Of a stretch of DNA of 64,000 bases, positions 26,135 through 34,671 are shown piece by piece. This stretch comes from a virus. A model generated the notes under the pieces. The model made no database searches. It had not been told where the DNA came from and saw nothing but the letters and a program-made list of their open reading frames with translations. The stretch lies in the IMG/VR virus record IMGVR_UViG_3300045988_129435; one strand, given 5' to 3'. Position numbers and translations under genes: made by a program. Positions within the stretch are counted from its first letter, which is position 1. Each line of letters begins with the position of its first letter.

Positions 26135-28821
26135 TGCTCTATCAATTTAATGCGAATAATGCCATCAAGTTCTCTTGGAAGCCCAGACACCAAGAACTTA
26201 CTCTGTCTGTCAAACAGAATTTCATGCTGGTTTTCTAATGTAAAGATACCATTAAATTCTGATATTTTACTGATATCCCGTCCGTTTTTACTTTGAATTT
26301 CAAAGATAACACGCTTGTAACTTTTGGGCACTCCCATATGAGATATAAATTTTCGTGGAGTATCTTCATATATACTGGAAGACACAAACCCTTTATCAGA
26401 AATTACATCACCGATATGGTCTAGAAAGCGCTCTTGCAACTTCTTCATGCTCATGGTTTCACCACGGTACACTATGCCTTCATGCTTAGGTAACTTGGAT
26501 AAAGCCTGACTTATCAATTTACTTGCTACGTCAACATATTCATCTTCCGTACTGTTGCGGAGTCTACGGTTTATTTCACGGCTGGTAGCACCTTTGTTTG
26601 TTTTACCCACCGCCTGCGTATAAGCATTGACAGCCGCTTGTTGCACTTCTGGAATGTGAGGATAGGTTTTATTGTAATATTCTACACGACTCATAGCAAG
26701 ATTAGTCCTGTGTTTGCGTACAAAAACCTTTTCTGTCTTATTATAGACATCTACCTTAAAATCCTCACGGATATACTTCCCATTGTCGCGGATGAAATAA
26801 GGAGAACTGCCCCAGCTTTTGGCACGATGTATGTTATCGTTAATCCACAGCTTGAATTTGTCCGGTACATCCTTGACCTCATTCACGCTCTCGGTGGAAA
26901 CATCGCTCCGTCCATCCCATTCCCAGAATTCTTCTTCTGTTTTGAGAATAGGAACTTTATAACAACGACAATTACTACCCCAAAAACATTTTCCATTTCT
27001 GCGTATATACATGATATGGTTACGTTCAAGTGTCAGGTCATAAACATTTCCATCATACAAAACATATTCTTTATCAAATACTGTTGATGTAGTTGAGTAA
27101 CATTCACGTATAATGTAGCAGTCATAATTTGATTTTATTTCAACTCCATTTCTTTTATGAGATTTTCCAGCCTTATTTACAGAGAATGATGGTCTTTTAC
27201 CTGATTTCAATATAAGTTCAGACAAATCTCCTGACATTTGTTTAGAAGTAGTGAAAAACATTCGTTCTTCTTTGTTAGAAGTGAATACATTCCCTCTATT
27301 CCCAACAAATGACTTGAATGGTCTTGTATATCCATCGCACAGAACGAAAGCATTCAAGAATATTTCAATCTGCCTTTTGGATGACGATTTTATTTCATTC
27401 GGTATATATTTTTCATTGCATACACCAAAACGTTTCAAATATTGGCAAATGTCTGCTGAATAAAAACATACACCGTCATCATATTCAGTTACTTTATACC
27501 CAAGTTTTTCTATTAGTGATATGATTTTATTTCTTGCAGGTTCTCCTTTTTTTTGAGATATAATAACTTGACTTTTACGTATTGTGCTACCATCTGATAA
27601 CCAATATCCCATGAACTCGCAAAACAAATCAAAATCAATGACTGTGCTTCCGATTGTCATACAATCAATATCATCAGACTTATATTCGCAGCCACGATAA
27701 AATGCACCCTTCCCTTTTGTATATTCATTCGCTTGGCAGTTCCTAATTCTGCCATCATTCTTATTCAAATAAACCATATTGTGATCAGGCGTGACAAGGC
27801 AATCTAATGACTTATTGAAAAAGCGAATCATTTTACCGCTATGTGAATAGCATTGTCTGTCTGTAAATCCAACCCATTCAGGAACTCTTTCGTTTGGATT
27901 TAGAGATAATATCAAGTCATCGTCAAGCACATCTTTGAATAACTTCCATCCTCTACTTGTGAGCACTTCACTATCATCTGAGTAGCAATTAGGGTGCCAT
28001 CCTGTCCACTCAAAATCTTTTGGGTACTTTCCTGCAAGTTGGTCGCAAATGTCATAATACCGTCCCTTAGGAACTCCCTTGCAGTTATGGTTTCCACTCA
28101 ACTTTATTTCATATCCGACTACGAAATCCATTTGTTTCCATCTTTCGTTTTCGGCTGCTCTATAAGACATGTTTATTTCTGAACGGGCTAGACGTATGGA
28201 ACGATATTCACAATCTTGTATATGTTCAGCACTGCCATATCTGTCTTTGTAATCTTTTTGCAGTAATGGGAAATCAAGAAGATATTTACTTATTTGCTTA
28301 CTCAACGTAACAGCACTGGTTCCTTTTTGAATAGCGCATGAGATCGCAGCCTCCAGTTCTTCTTTGTAGATCATAGATTGCTGCCAGAGTTTTGCAGATA
28401 TATTGAATCCTTTATCTTTTCGATTCTGGAATGCTTTCAAAGCATCTGAATTTGTTTGATATAGTATTTTATATTTTTCTTTGTCAACTTGGGCGTTATA
28501 TGCTTTTAGTACTTTGTTTACTATTAAATCCTGTGCTTCATTACTGTTCTTCCATTCTTCGGTAGTACCACGATAGATAGTTGCATTTATATCCTCTACA
28601 AAGTGCTTCTGTATATCGTCAATTTGCTTTTTAGTTTGAGGGTAGTCAGACCATTTAAACGGCTTATCACTATCTGAGAAATAATTAGTTAGTGAAACGG
28701 CTTTGGCTGCTTCCAAATTCAGGGTATCATATATCTGCTCAACTAGGGCTACATATTTGTTTAATCTCCTGTTGAGTTCTTGGTATTTTTTTTTCTGATT
28801 TGGAATCTTTGGCTTTGCCAT
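26131..28821 (-). CDS. head morphogenesis protein (SPP1 gp7 / Mu F family) with inserted intein and C-terminal ADP-ribosyltransferase domain
   Basis: The GWHPN|C...SN|CRCY split restores the MuF HPNCRC motif. The C-terminus carries an R-S-E ART triad: VYRG, FVSSS, ENQHE. Confidence 0.85.
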   Translation of the reverse strand: MAKPKIPNQKKKYQELNRRLNKYVALVEQIYDTLNLEAAKAVSLTNYFSDSDKPFKWSDYPQTKKQIDDIQKHFVEDINATIYRGTTEEWKNSNEAQDLIVNKVLKAYNAQVDKEKYKILYQTNSDALKAFQNRKDKGFNISAKLWQQSMIYKEELEAAISCAIQKGTSAVTLSKQISKYLLDFPLLQKDYKDRYGSAEHIQDCEYRSIRLARSEINMSYRAAENERWKQMDFVVGYEIKLSGNHNCKGVPKGRYYDICDQLAGKYPKDFEWTGWHPNCYSDDSEVLTSRGWKLFKDVLDDDLILSLNPNERVPEWVGFTDRQCYSHSGKMIRFFNKSLDCLVTPDHNMVYLNKNDGRIRNCQANEYTKGKGAFYRGCEYKSDDIDCMTIGSTVIDFDLFCEFMGYWLSDGSTIRKSQVIISQKKGEPARNKIISLIEKLGYKVTEYDDGVCFYSADICQYLKRFGVCNEKYIPNEIKSSSKRQIEIFLNAFVLCDGYTRPFKSFVGNRGNVFTSNKEERMFFTTSKQMSGDLSELILKSGKRPSFSVNKAGKSHKRNGVEIKSNYDCYIIRECYSTTSTVFDKEYVLYDGNVYDLTLERNHIMYIRRNGKCFWGSNCRCYKVPILKTEEEFWEWDGRSDVSTESVNEVKDVPDKFKLWINDNIHRAKSWGSSPYFIRDNGKYIREDFKVDVYNKTEKVFVRKHRTNLAMSRVEYYNKTYPHIPEVQQAAVNAYTQAVGKTNKGATSREINRRLRNSTEDEYVDVASKLISQALSKLPKHEGIVYRGETMSMKKLQERFLDHIGDVISDKGFVSSSIYEDTPRKFISHMGVPKSYKRVIFEIQSKNGRDISKISEFNGIFTLENQHEILFDRQSKFLVSGLPRELDGIIRIKLIEQ
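26971..27987 (-). mobile_element. LAGLIDADG-type intein (339 aa) in MuF
   Basis: Starts CYSDDSEVLT (Cys1 = residue 279). TPDH block B. Two dodecapeptide motifs: FMGYWLSDGS and FLNAFVLCDGY. Ends FWGSN followed by +1 Cys. Confidence 0.8.
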
Positions 28822-28946
28822 TATTTTATATACTTTTTCTTATCCTTCTTGGTAGGGTAGAGATGATGTTTTACTATAATCTTACCACAAATAGGACAAT
28901 CTTGTACGATGTATTCCACTGTAACTACTCTAGTATGCTTTTTCAT
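28821..28946 (-). CDS. small CxxC protein (41 aa)
   Basis: Hand-found: GGAGGAATAAATATG start; MKKHTRVVTVEYIVQDCPICGKIIVKHHLYPTKKDKKKYIK; its TAA overlaps the MuF ATG (TAATG). Confidence 0.35.
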   Translation of the reverse strand: MKKHTRVVTVEYIVQDCPICGKIIVKHHLYPTKKDKKKYIK

Positions 28947-28948
28947 AT

Positions 28949-29311
28949 TTATTCCTCCGAAATTCTATCAGGTGCTGGCATTTCCAATAATCGGATAGCT
29001 TTAATTGTTTCCTTTCCCTCCAATATCGCTTTACATAAACGATGGTAGCCATCAGCAATTTGACCTACTTCGTCAAGAATAATAGGATATTCAAGAGAGC
29101 ATTGATTCACCCGTTTGCATTGAAAAATGAAACTGTGAAGCTGATTGCATTCAAATGGTTCAGCTGTAAGGTCTATATTCCATAGTGGCATATCAAGAAC
29201 CGGATATTCTTTTGCCTTAGCAAAATCGTAGAGTGTTTGAGCTTTCCATATCTTGTTTCCACGATGATATTCACTTTCAGCAAAAGTTATATTATCTATT
29301 GGAACTTTCAT
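28949..29311 (-). CDS. small ParB/Srx-fold-like protein
   Basis: ILDEVGQIADGYHRLCKAILEG resembles the ParB-like DGxHR motif. Start moved to ATG 29311, one nt after the upstream stop. Confidence 0.45.
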   Translation of the reverse strand: MKVPIDNITFAESEYHRGNKIWKAQTLYDFAKAKEYPVLDMPLWNIDLTAEPFECNQLHSFIFQCKRVNQCSLEYPIILDEVGQIADGYHRLCKAILEGKETIKAIRLLEMPAPDRISEE

Positions 29312-29312
29312 A

Positions 29313-29660
29313 CTATTCTTTCTTGATATATACTTTGATTTCACCAGTAACATGTAGCTCATCACCAATTTTTTCAACGGAGTATTCTATTAGTTCCCTT
29401 TGGTTGATCGAACTGATAATTGATTGGCGGACTTCATCCTTAACTTCCTTGATTAACTTTTCATCTGATTTCCGATTAGACCAGCCTTCATCAAGTTTTT
29501 TCTTTTTCCGGTAATCCTTGATTTCTTTTTTAGTCCGAACAAGGCAGATACCAAGCTTCTTTGCTTCGTAGTTATCAACTTGTTCAATACTACTTAATCT
29601 TTCTTGTGGGGTGATCTTCGCTACTAATCTAATAAGCCAGTTTGATATTTTTCTCTTCAT
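29313..29660 (-). CDS. hypothetical protein (115 aa, Lys-rich)
   Basis: ORF track. Confidence 0.5.
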   Translation of the reverse strand: MKRKISNWLIRLVAKITPQERLSSIEQVDNYEAKKLGICLVRTKKEIKDYRKKKKLDEGWSNRKSDEKLIKEVKDEVRQSIISSINQRELIEYSVEKIGDELHVTGEIKVYIKKE

Positions 29661-29734
29661 GATTTTAAGTTTTAAGTTGGCAACGCAAACATATGCCTAC
29701 GCCGCCTTTACTTTTCTACAAGTTGGCGGACAGG

Positions 29735-30025
29735 TTATAAATCTTCATCCTCATAAGACATTTTCGCACTCATGACACCGACTGTGCTTAGTATCTTGAT
29801 AGAAAGCCCCTTTTGTACATCAAGCTCAAAAATCACATTATCATTGAATTGAGCAGAAGGGTATTGATACAACAGTGCATAATCCATACCTTCCAACTTT
29901 GCGTATAAGCTAAGTGTCCCATGTTTCTCTCTGTCTATCTGTATTACACATTTGCCAACAGAAGTAAACTCACAAGAATAACCCTGTTTTTCTTTACTAA
30001 ATTCTAATACATCTATTTTTACCAT
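29735..30025 (-). CDS. hypothetical protein (96 aa)
   Basis: ORF track; downstream of the portal gene. Confidence 0.5.
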   Translation of the reverse strand: MVKIDVLEFSKEKQGYSCEFTSVGKCVIQIDREKHGTLSLYAKLEGMDYALLYQYPSAQFNDNVIFELDVQKGLSIKILSTVGVMSAKMSYEDEDL

Positions 30026-30044
30026 AATGATTATATTTTGATTA

Positions 30045-31442
30045 TTATTCCGATTGTTCGAAAATATTGCTTATTCTACTTTGAGAAGCTGCAGCTTCCT
30101 CTTTCTGTATCTGCAATAGGGTAGCTTCTGGATCATTAGAACCTGCCTCCCTAATAGTTTGAAGCTGACTCTTAATAGCTTTACCTCCATTTTGTTTAAT
30201 AAGTCTGTCAGTAGTGGCATCCTCATCCATTTGTATGAAAGGAGTTATAATATGTTCAACTTCTACATTGTCAACTTCACTCGCCCAAGAGACATTCATC
30301 ATTTTAAGAAAAGCCTTAATAACACTACATTCACGTTCAAAGGCCTCTATCCACGAACCGCTTTCATCGCCAACCTTTAGGTGGGCATCAGTAAGAAGTG
30401 TTTGTCTAGCATCAAAGCCAATATTACCAAGTGATTTCATATTATCAAATGAGATGTCCGGCATTTGGGACTGACTCCAAAAGAATTTGATAAGAGTATC
30501 AACATGATATTTTAAAGCTTCAATAGCCTGTTCCCATGAAACATATGACACATCTCCTCCATTTTCGACACGAAATACCCTACGGCTTTCTCCCTTGTCT
30601 TCTTTTCCTTGAGTTTCACCTGCTACTTTGAGAATAGGAGCACTATTATAGGCTATAACGTCACTATTGCGTGATAAAGTATATTCTATCTCATTACGCA
30701 AATACGACAATCCATCGTATATAGGAACAGGACGATAAATATAGACTCCTGGAATTTTCATAATAACAATAGGTTCTACTTTAACTTGTTTCCATCCAGT
30801 ACCCTGTTGCATCCATTTATAGTGAGTAGTAGCCGTATATGTTTCAAAAAAAATAACTTCTTTATCCTTTATTTTTTTTGAATATTCAAATGACATAGCA
30901 ACCATATCATCCAACTCATCGAGCAAAGGATACAGTTTAGTTCCATCCATTGGGGAGTAGGTCTTACATTTCAGTTTATATTTGCTTTTAAAGCCATATA
31001 AGGTATTCGGGTTCTCAACGGCATACCAGATGGTAAATACTTCACATGAAGCAAAATAATTATTTCCTCTCTTGATATTTTCACTGTCGACGCGAGCATA
31101 CTTGTAGATATTTTCAATGGCTTTAGCGATCTGCTGTTTGATTTCATTATCCTCAATATTATGATATACTCGTCTTACAGGAATAGAAAACATAAACTCA
31201 GTTATTCGCTTAGTGAGGAGCTTCTCCAAACCGATGTATATGCGAGAAGCCTTTTCTACTGTCCCATCAGATTTTATCTTATCCTTACGGGTAACAGTAT
31301 CACTAACTATCGTATGCAATTTCGGTTCGTAATCATTGATAAGTTTGCTCCATGAAGGAACTGCGACTGATTTTTCTTTCAGATCGTTAATTACTTCATC
31401 AGCAGAGCGGGAATTGTCTAAAATAGAAGTTATTTCGTCCAT
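30045..31442 (-). CDS. portal protein (SPP1 gp6-like)
   Basis: 465 aa; between the terminase and MuF genes. Confidence 0.8.
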   Translation of the reverse strand: MDEITSILDNSRSADEVINDLKEKSVAVPSWSKLINDYEPKLHTIVSDTVTRKDKIKSDGTVEKASRIYIGLEKLLTKRITEFMFSIPVRRVYHNIEDNEIKQQIAKAIENIYKYARVDSENIKRGNNYFASCEVFTIWYAVENPNTLYGFKSKYKLKCKTYSPMDGTKLYPLLDELDDMVAMSFEYSKKIKDKEVIFFETYTATTHYKWMQQGTGWKQVKVEPIVIMKIPGVYIYRPVPIYDGLSYLRNEIEYTLSRNSDVIAYNSAPILKVAGETQGKEDKGESRRVFRVENGGDVSYVSWEQAIEALKYHVDTLIKFFWSQSQMPDISFDNMKSLGNIGFDARQTLLTDAHLKVGDESGSWIEAFERECSVIKAFLKMMNVSWASEVDNVEVEHIITPFIQMDEDATTDRLIKQNGGKAIKSQLQTIREAGSNDPEATLLQIQKEEAAASQSRISNIFEQSE

Positions 31443-31569
31443 AGGCTGTTCCGTACTTCTTCATACGGTGATTAGTTGAACATATATAAATACTCCCAAA
31501 GAAACCGGATTGCACAATACGCACTATCCGGAAACGTGAAGGAGCACGTTAGCATCAAATGCTACGGTG

Positions 31570-31577
31570 CAAATATA
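31570..31577 (-). promoter_or_regulatory. -7 box TATATTTG
   Basis: Minus-strand TAnnTTTG 127 nt upstream of the portal ATG; the leader contains several hairpins, including 31451-31468. Confidence 0.5.
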
Positions 31578-31623
31578 ATAAAAGTGACTATAATAATGCC
31601 ATATTATAACAAAAAAATAATAT

Positions 31624-31899
31624 CTATCTAGTATAACCGACCATTTTTACAGCCTCATGCATATAATAAGGGAGGTTGATAGCTGCAATTTTACCGGCAT
31701 ATCCACAACGCCATAATTCAGCTTGCCAATCCTGTATATCATCACGTTCATCAATATTGTACTTCTTCAGTAAATCACGCATAATAGCACAATCTTCATA
31801 TCTTCCCATAACTTTAGCAGAAGAATAAAGATTGAGTAAGACTTCTTGACCATAAAGAAGAAGTACTTTTTCAAATACATTAAGTCGATCTTGTATCAT
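31624..31899 (-). CDS. hypothetical protein (91 aa)
   Basis: ORF track. Confidence 0.5.
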   Translation of the reverse strand: MIQDRLNVFEKVLLLYGQEVLLNLYSSAKVMGRYEDCAIMRDLLKKYNIDERDDIQDWQAELWRCGYAGKIAAINLPYYMHEAVKMVGYTR

Positions 31900-31920
31900 A
31901 GGTATATTAATGTCTTACTC

Positions 31921-32310
31921 GGTAAAGGTGATGAATGCTGCATAGTTTAGCCCTTAGAGGATTTTACGCCTCTTGGCTATAGCAGCATTCAAACAGTCAT
32001 TGCTCGTATAAAGTACGCCGTTTTTAGCTGGATGGCATTAACAAGTCACCATCTTCCCGGACTTTTCGCTTACTTGTCGCTGTGAAGGCACTCCGGTTTC
32101 GTTCGCCTCTCGATTTCTCACATCCACGCAGTATCGAGTTTTAGGAGTACAACCCTCTGTCTCTCTGCTTATGCAGCCTACCGCCGATTGTACAACTGGC
32201 TTTAAAAAGAAAGCCTCGTAATAGGTACGGGCTACTACGAGGCAATCATATATAAACTCCAGAAGGAGAATACTTAGTAAATGTCAGGTAACATTCCGTA
32301 CTTGTTACGG
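31921..32310 (-). ncRNA. candidate structured non-coding RNA or long structured leader (about 390 nt)
   Basis: No ORF of 60 aa or more on either strand between 31900 and 32653. Own -7 box at 32314-32321. Many hand-verified helices, for example 31933-31990, 32031-32053, 32057-32096, 32109-32138, 32213-32243 and 32296-32310. Confidence 0.4.
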
Positions 32311-32313
32311 ATG

Positions 32314-32321
32314 CAAATATA
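32314..32321 (-). promoter_or_regulatory. -7 box TATATTTG
   Basis: Minus-strand TAnnTTTG, 3 nt before hairpin CCGUA-ACAAG-UACGG. Confidence 0.45.
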
Positions 32322-32398
32322 GATATTTTATTTCAGAACAACATCTATAAAAGATAAATTTAACACATATTTATCCTTTATAGATATCATATTACCCA

Positions 32399-32517
32399 TG
32401 TGTCGTTTTTTTAGACAACTGTGTCACTAACTGTGTCGTTAATTGTGTCACTTGTAACTCTAATTGATTGATTTTTAGCATTATTTCTGTGTCATTAGGT
32501 GTGTCACCAACTGTGTC
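32399..32517 (+). repeat. iteron array: seven direct TGTGTC(A/G) repeats
   Basis: TGTGTC starts at 32399, 32420, 32432, 32444, 32488, 32500 and 32512, giving two triplets at exact 12-bp spacing separated by 44 bp. Confidence 0.8.
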
Positions 32518-32598
32518 CTAGAATTATATTAATCTATTGAAAATACTAAAACAAACAAAAATGGCGCCGACTTTCACAAGCCAGCGCACATAAGAGCA

Positions 32599-32670
32599 AT
32601 GAAAACACCAAAAAGAAGTGTTTTCAAACGCAAAGGTACTAAAAGAAACACAACTACAAAAAATCTTTGA
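32599..32670 (+). CDS. possible 23-aa basic peptide antisense to the terL 3' end
   Basis: MKTPKRSVFKRKGTKRNTTTKNL; preceded by the 20-nt repeat ACATAAGAGCAATGAAAACA, which also precedes two minus-strand MKT ORFs. Confidence 0.2.
   Translation: MKTPKRSVFKRKGTKRNTTTKNL
32631..32638 (-). promoter_or_regulatory. -7 box TACCTTTG
   Basis: Minus-strand TAnnTTTG 16 nt after the terL stop; followed by two hairpins (8 bp, and 9 bp with G-U pairs) and a U-tract. Confidence 0.35.
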
Positions 32671-34195
32671 GCAACTCTTCATCACTAATAAAACTGTAAT
32701 CTCTAGGATAAAACGTATTTGCTAATGCGTCCATATAATCAGGGGAACGTTTAATACGCTTCTTTACATCTTCTTTAGGCTCAATGATGATTTTTCCATT
32801 ACTAAGAAACTTCCATTTAGTTTCAGTAGCTTCTTCCATCAACTGGTCACATGGTGGCAGAGCAGCTCCAAAACCATTCTTGGGATTAAGCCAATCACGC
32901 AAAGCCCAATATAGATATGCTCTCATATTCGCGAACTCATACTCTCCGGTTATGTCATGCAAGCCATCTGCACCTTCAGAGTATTTACATGAAAAAGCGT
33001 TTGTAAATTCTTCCTCTAATAATCGTGAATACACACCAGCGCCCTCTCCTATCGTATCAATAAAAGCTTTTGCTCCTTTCTTTTTCAAATAAGGGACTGT
33101 CATACCTACTACATGCATGTGATCCGCACGTCCAGAAGATTGATGCACTTCAAATTGAGGAACATAGTTTCCATATCTCGGACAAAGCACACTATTGTCG
33201 CGTCCCATACCGGCAACGTCAACTCCTAACTTGCAAGATTTAGCTGGAATGAAACCGTCTGCTTGTAATTCTTGCCAATTCCTGTTTGCTATTTCTATCC
33301 ATTCATAAGGAATAAGAACATCTTCAGAAACCTTCGGGAACATACCAAGTACCTTGACTCGAAATAAATCGTTAGGTCGGTATAGACTTCCTTCCCAATT
33401 GAAATCGCCTTCTCCCTCATTAAAGTCTGTTTGCTGAATGGGAGAGCACCAATTTATTACCTTGTCTTTTACCCATTCATAATCTACTTGACCTGGAATT
33501 ATAACTTGTTTTTTTACCACATTCTCCGCATTAAGAGAACTAAGCCTAAATTTAGCAAAACGTTCTGATTTCATGGCTCTAGCTGCATATCCAGTAGTAA
33601 TATTAGGATTAAACACTATGAGCATCCGAGAATTTCCCTGTAAGTTACCTTCTATCGCATTATAAACAATTTCGGATATACCTGATGCCTCTGTGACAAC
33701 AAACATGGTATTTGCTGCATGAAATCCCGACCATGATTCAGTCGCGTTGTCATCCGCTTTAAATCCTGTCAAAAACCATTCTTCATAATCCGTTCTTATG
33801 TCATCAGCAGCCAATCTGCCTGGACAACAAAAAGGAAACTTTGCCCTTGCCGCACGAATCAACCTTCTGATTTCAGGAGTCATAATATTTTTCACTTGCC
33901 TCCCTGTTGGTGCTGTCATGGCCACCTTGGTATTCCCAACAAGCACACCTTTTTCATTAAATCTAGGAGTAAGATACATAAAACACAACGAAGCACAGGC
34001 CGCAACAAAATCTTTTCCACGAGCAGTTCCACTTGCAACAGCAGTCATGGGGTTATGTTGGACAGACTCAATAATAGCTTGCTGCTCACGATCTAATCTT
34101 GCGCATAATGCATCACGGACAAATTTATTCCAATCCTTCGACCAGTACGCTATAATTTCACTTATGAGTTTCTTTTTTTCATCCTTTGTCACCAT
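32654..34195 (-). CDS. terL: terminase large subunit
   Basis: 513 aa; ATPase N-terminal domain and nuclease C-terminal domain pattern; overlaps terS; upstream of the portal gene. Confidence 0.9.
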   Translation of the reverse strand: MVTKDEKKKLISEIIAYWSKDWNKFVRDALCARLDREQQAIIESVQHNPMTAVASGTARGKDFVAACASLCFMYLTPRFNEKGVLVGNTKVAMTAPTGRQVKNIMTPEIRRLIRAARAKFPFCCPGRLAADDIRTDYEEWFLTGFKADDNATESWSGFHAANTMFVVTEASGISEIVYNAIEGNLQGNSRMLIVFNPNITTGYAARAMKSERFAKFRLSSLNAENVVKKQVIIPGQVDYEWVKDKVINWCSPIQQTDFNEGEGDFNWEGSLYRPNDLFRVKVLGMFPKVSEDVLIPYEWIEIANRNWQELQADGFIPAKSCKLGVDVAGMGRDNSVLCPRYGNYVPQFEVHQSSGRADHMHVVGMTVPYLKKKGAKAFIDTIGEGAGVYSRLLEEEFTNAFSCKYSEGADGLHDITGEYEFANMRAYLYWALRDWLNPKNGFGAALPPCDQLMEEATETKWKFLSNGKIIIEPKEDVKKRIKRSPDYMDALANTFYPRDYSFISDEELLKDFL

Positions 34196-34670
34196 TCTTA
34201 TATGAACCGGTTAATGATTTTAAAGCATCTACCCAATCATCATTAGTAACATTTACATCTTGTTTATCTTTCCATTCATTTGGTCTACGATTTTTTAACC
34301 AAAATATTTGTGCTGTTGTATCTCCCGCGACATGCTTTTTCGTTTTCTTCACCACAGTCGTTTGACCAGATCCATCCTCTCCTATTTTCACCTCAGTTGT
34401 AGTTTCCTCAATATCATAGCCAATAGCTCGTTTATATAAAGCACTCTCTACCTTCATGTCGGCTTCGTCTTTACCTTCCTTCAACAAATCTATAACTTCA
34501 GGATGTTTCTTTAGTATACTTTTGAACGTAGTAAGTCCTATTCCAAGACGCACACATAAACCTTTATTGTCAGCCCCATTCCTACAGTCTGCTATAATAA
34601 GATCTTCCTTCCCTTTTATATATTTATCATAAAGAGAAATCTCCATTTTGGGCCTACCTCTCCCTGCCAT
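34179..34670 (-). CDS. terS: terminase small subunit
   Basis: 163 aa; HTH N-terminus and TTAQIFWLKNRRPNEWKDKQ, typical of small terminases. Confidence 0.8.
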   Translation of the reverse strand: MAGRGRPKMEISLYDKYIKGKEDLIIADCRNGADNKGLCVRLGIGLTTFKSILKKHPEVIDLLKEGKDEADMKVESALYKRAIGYDIEETTTEVKIGEDGSGQTTVVKKTKKHVAGDTTAQIFWLKNRRPNEWKDKQDVNVTNDDWVDALKSLTGSYKNGDKG

Positions 34671-34671
34671 A

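Noticed and set aside
32040-32075. RNase P RNA, because of the GCGAAAAGUCCGGGAAG string that resembles the CR-I GAAAGUCCGGG motif.
   Set aside because: It is a single short match. The other conserved regions (CR-II to CR-V, P4 partner ACAGAA...) were not found, and the element is too short.
32399-32517. Possible CRISPR array (regularly spaced short repeats).
   Set aside because: The repeat units are only about 8-12 bp and abut each other at 12-bp spacing with no spacers of CRISPR size. There are no cas genes. The array fits protein-binding iterons instead.
31900-32653. Group I/II intron or homing element between terL and the portal gene.
   Set aside because: terL ends with a normal stop and appears full-length, with no split exon halves or intron-encoded ORF. 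I could not identify P3-P8-type group I core pairings by eye.
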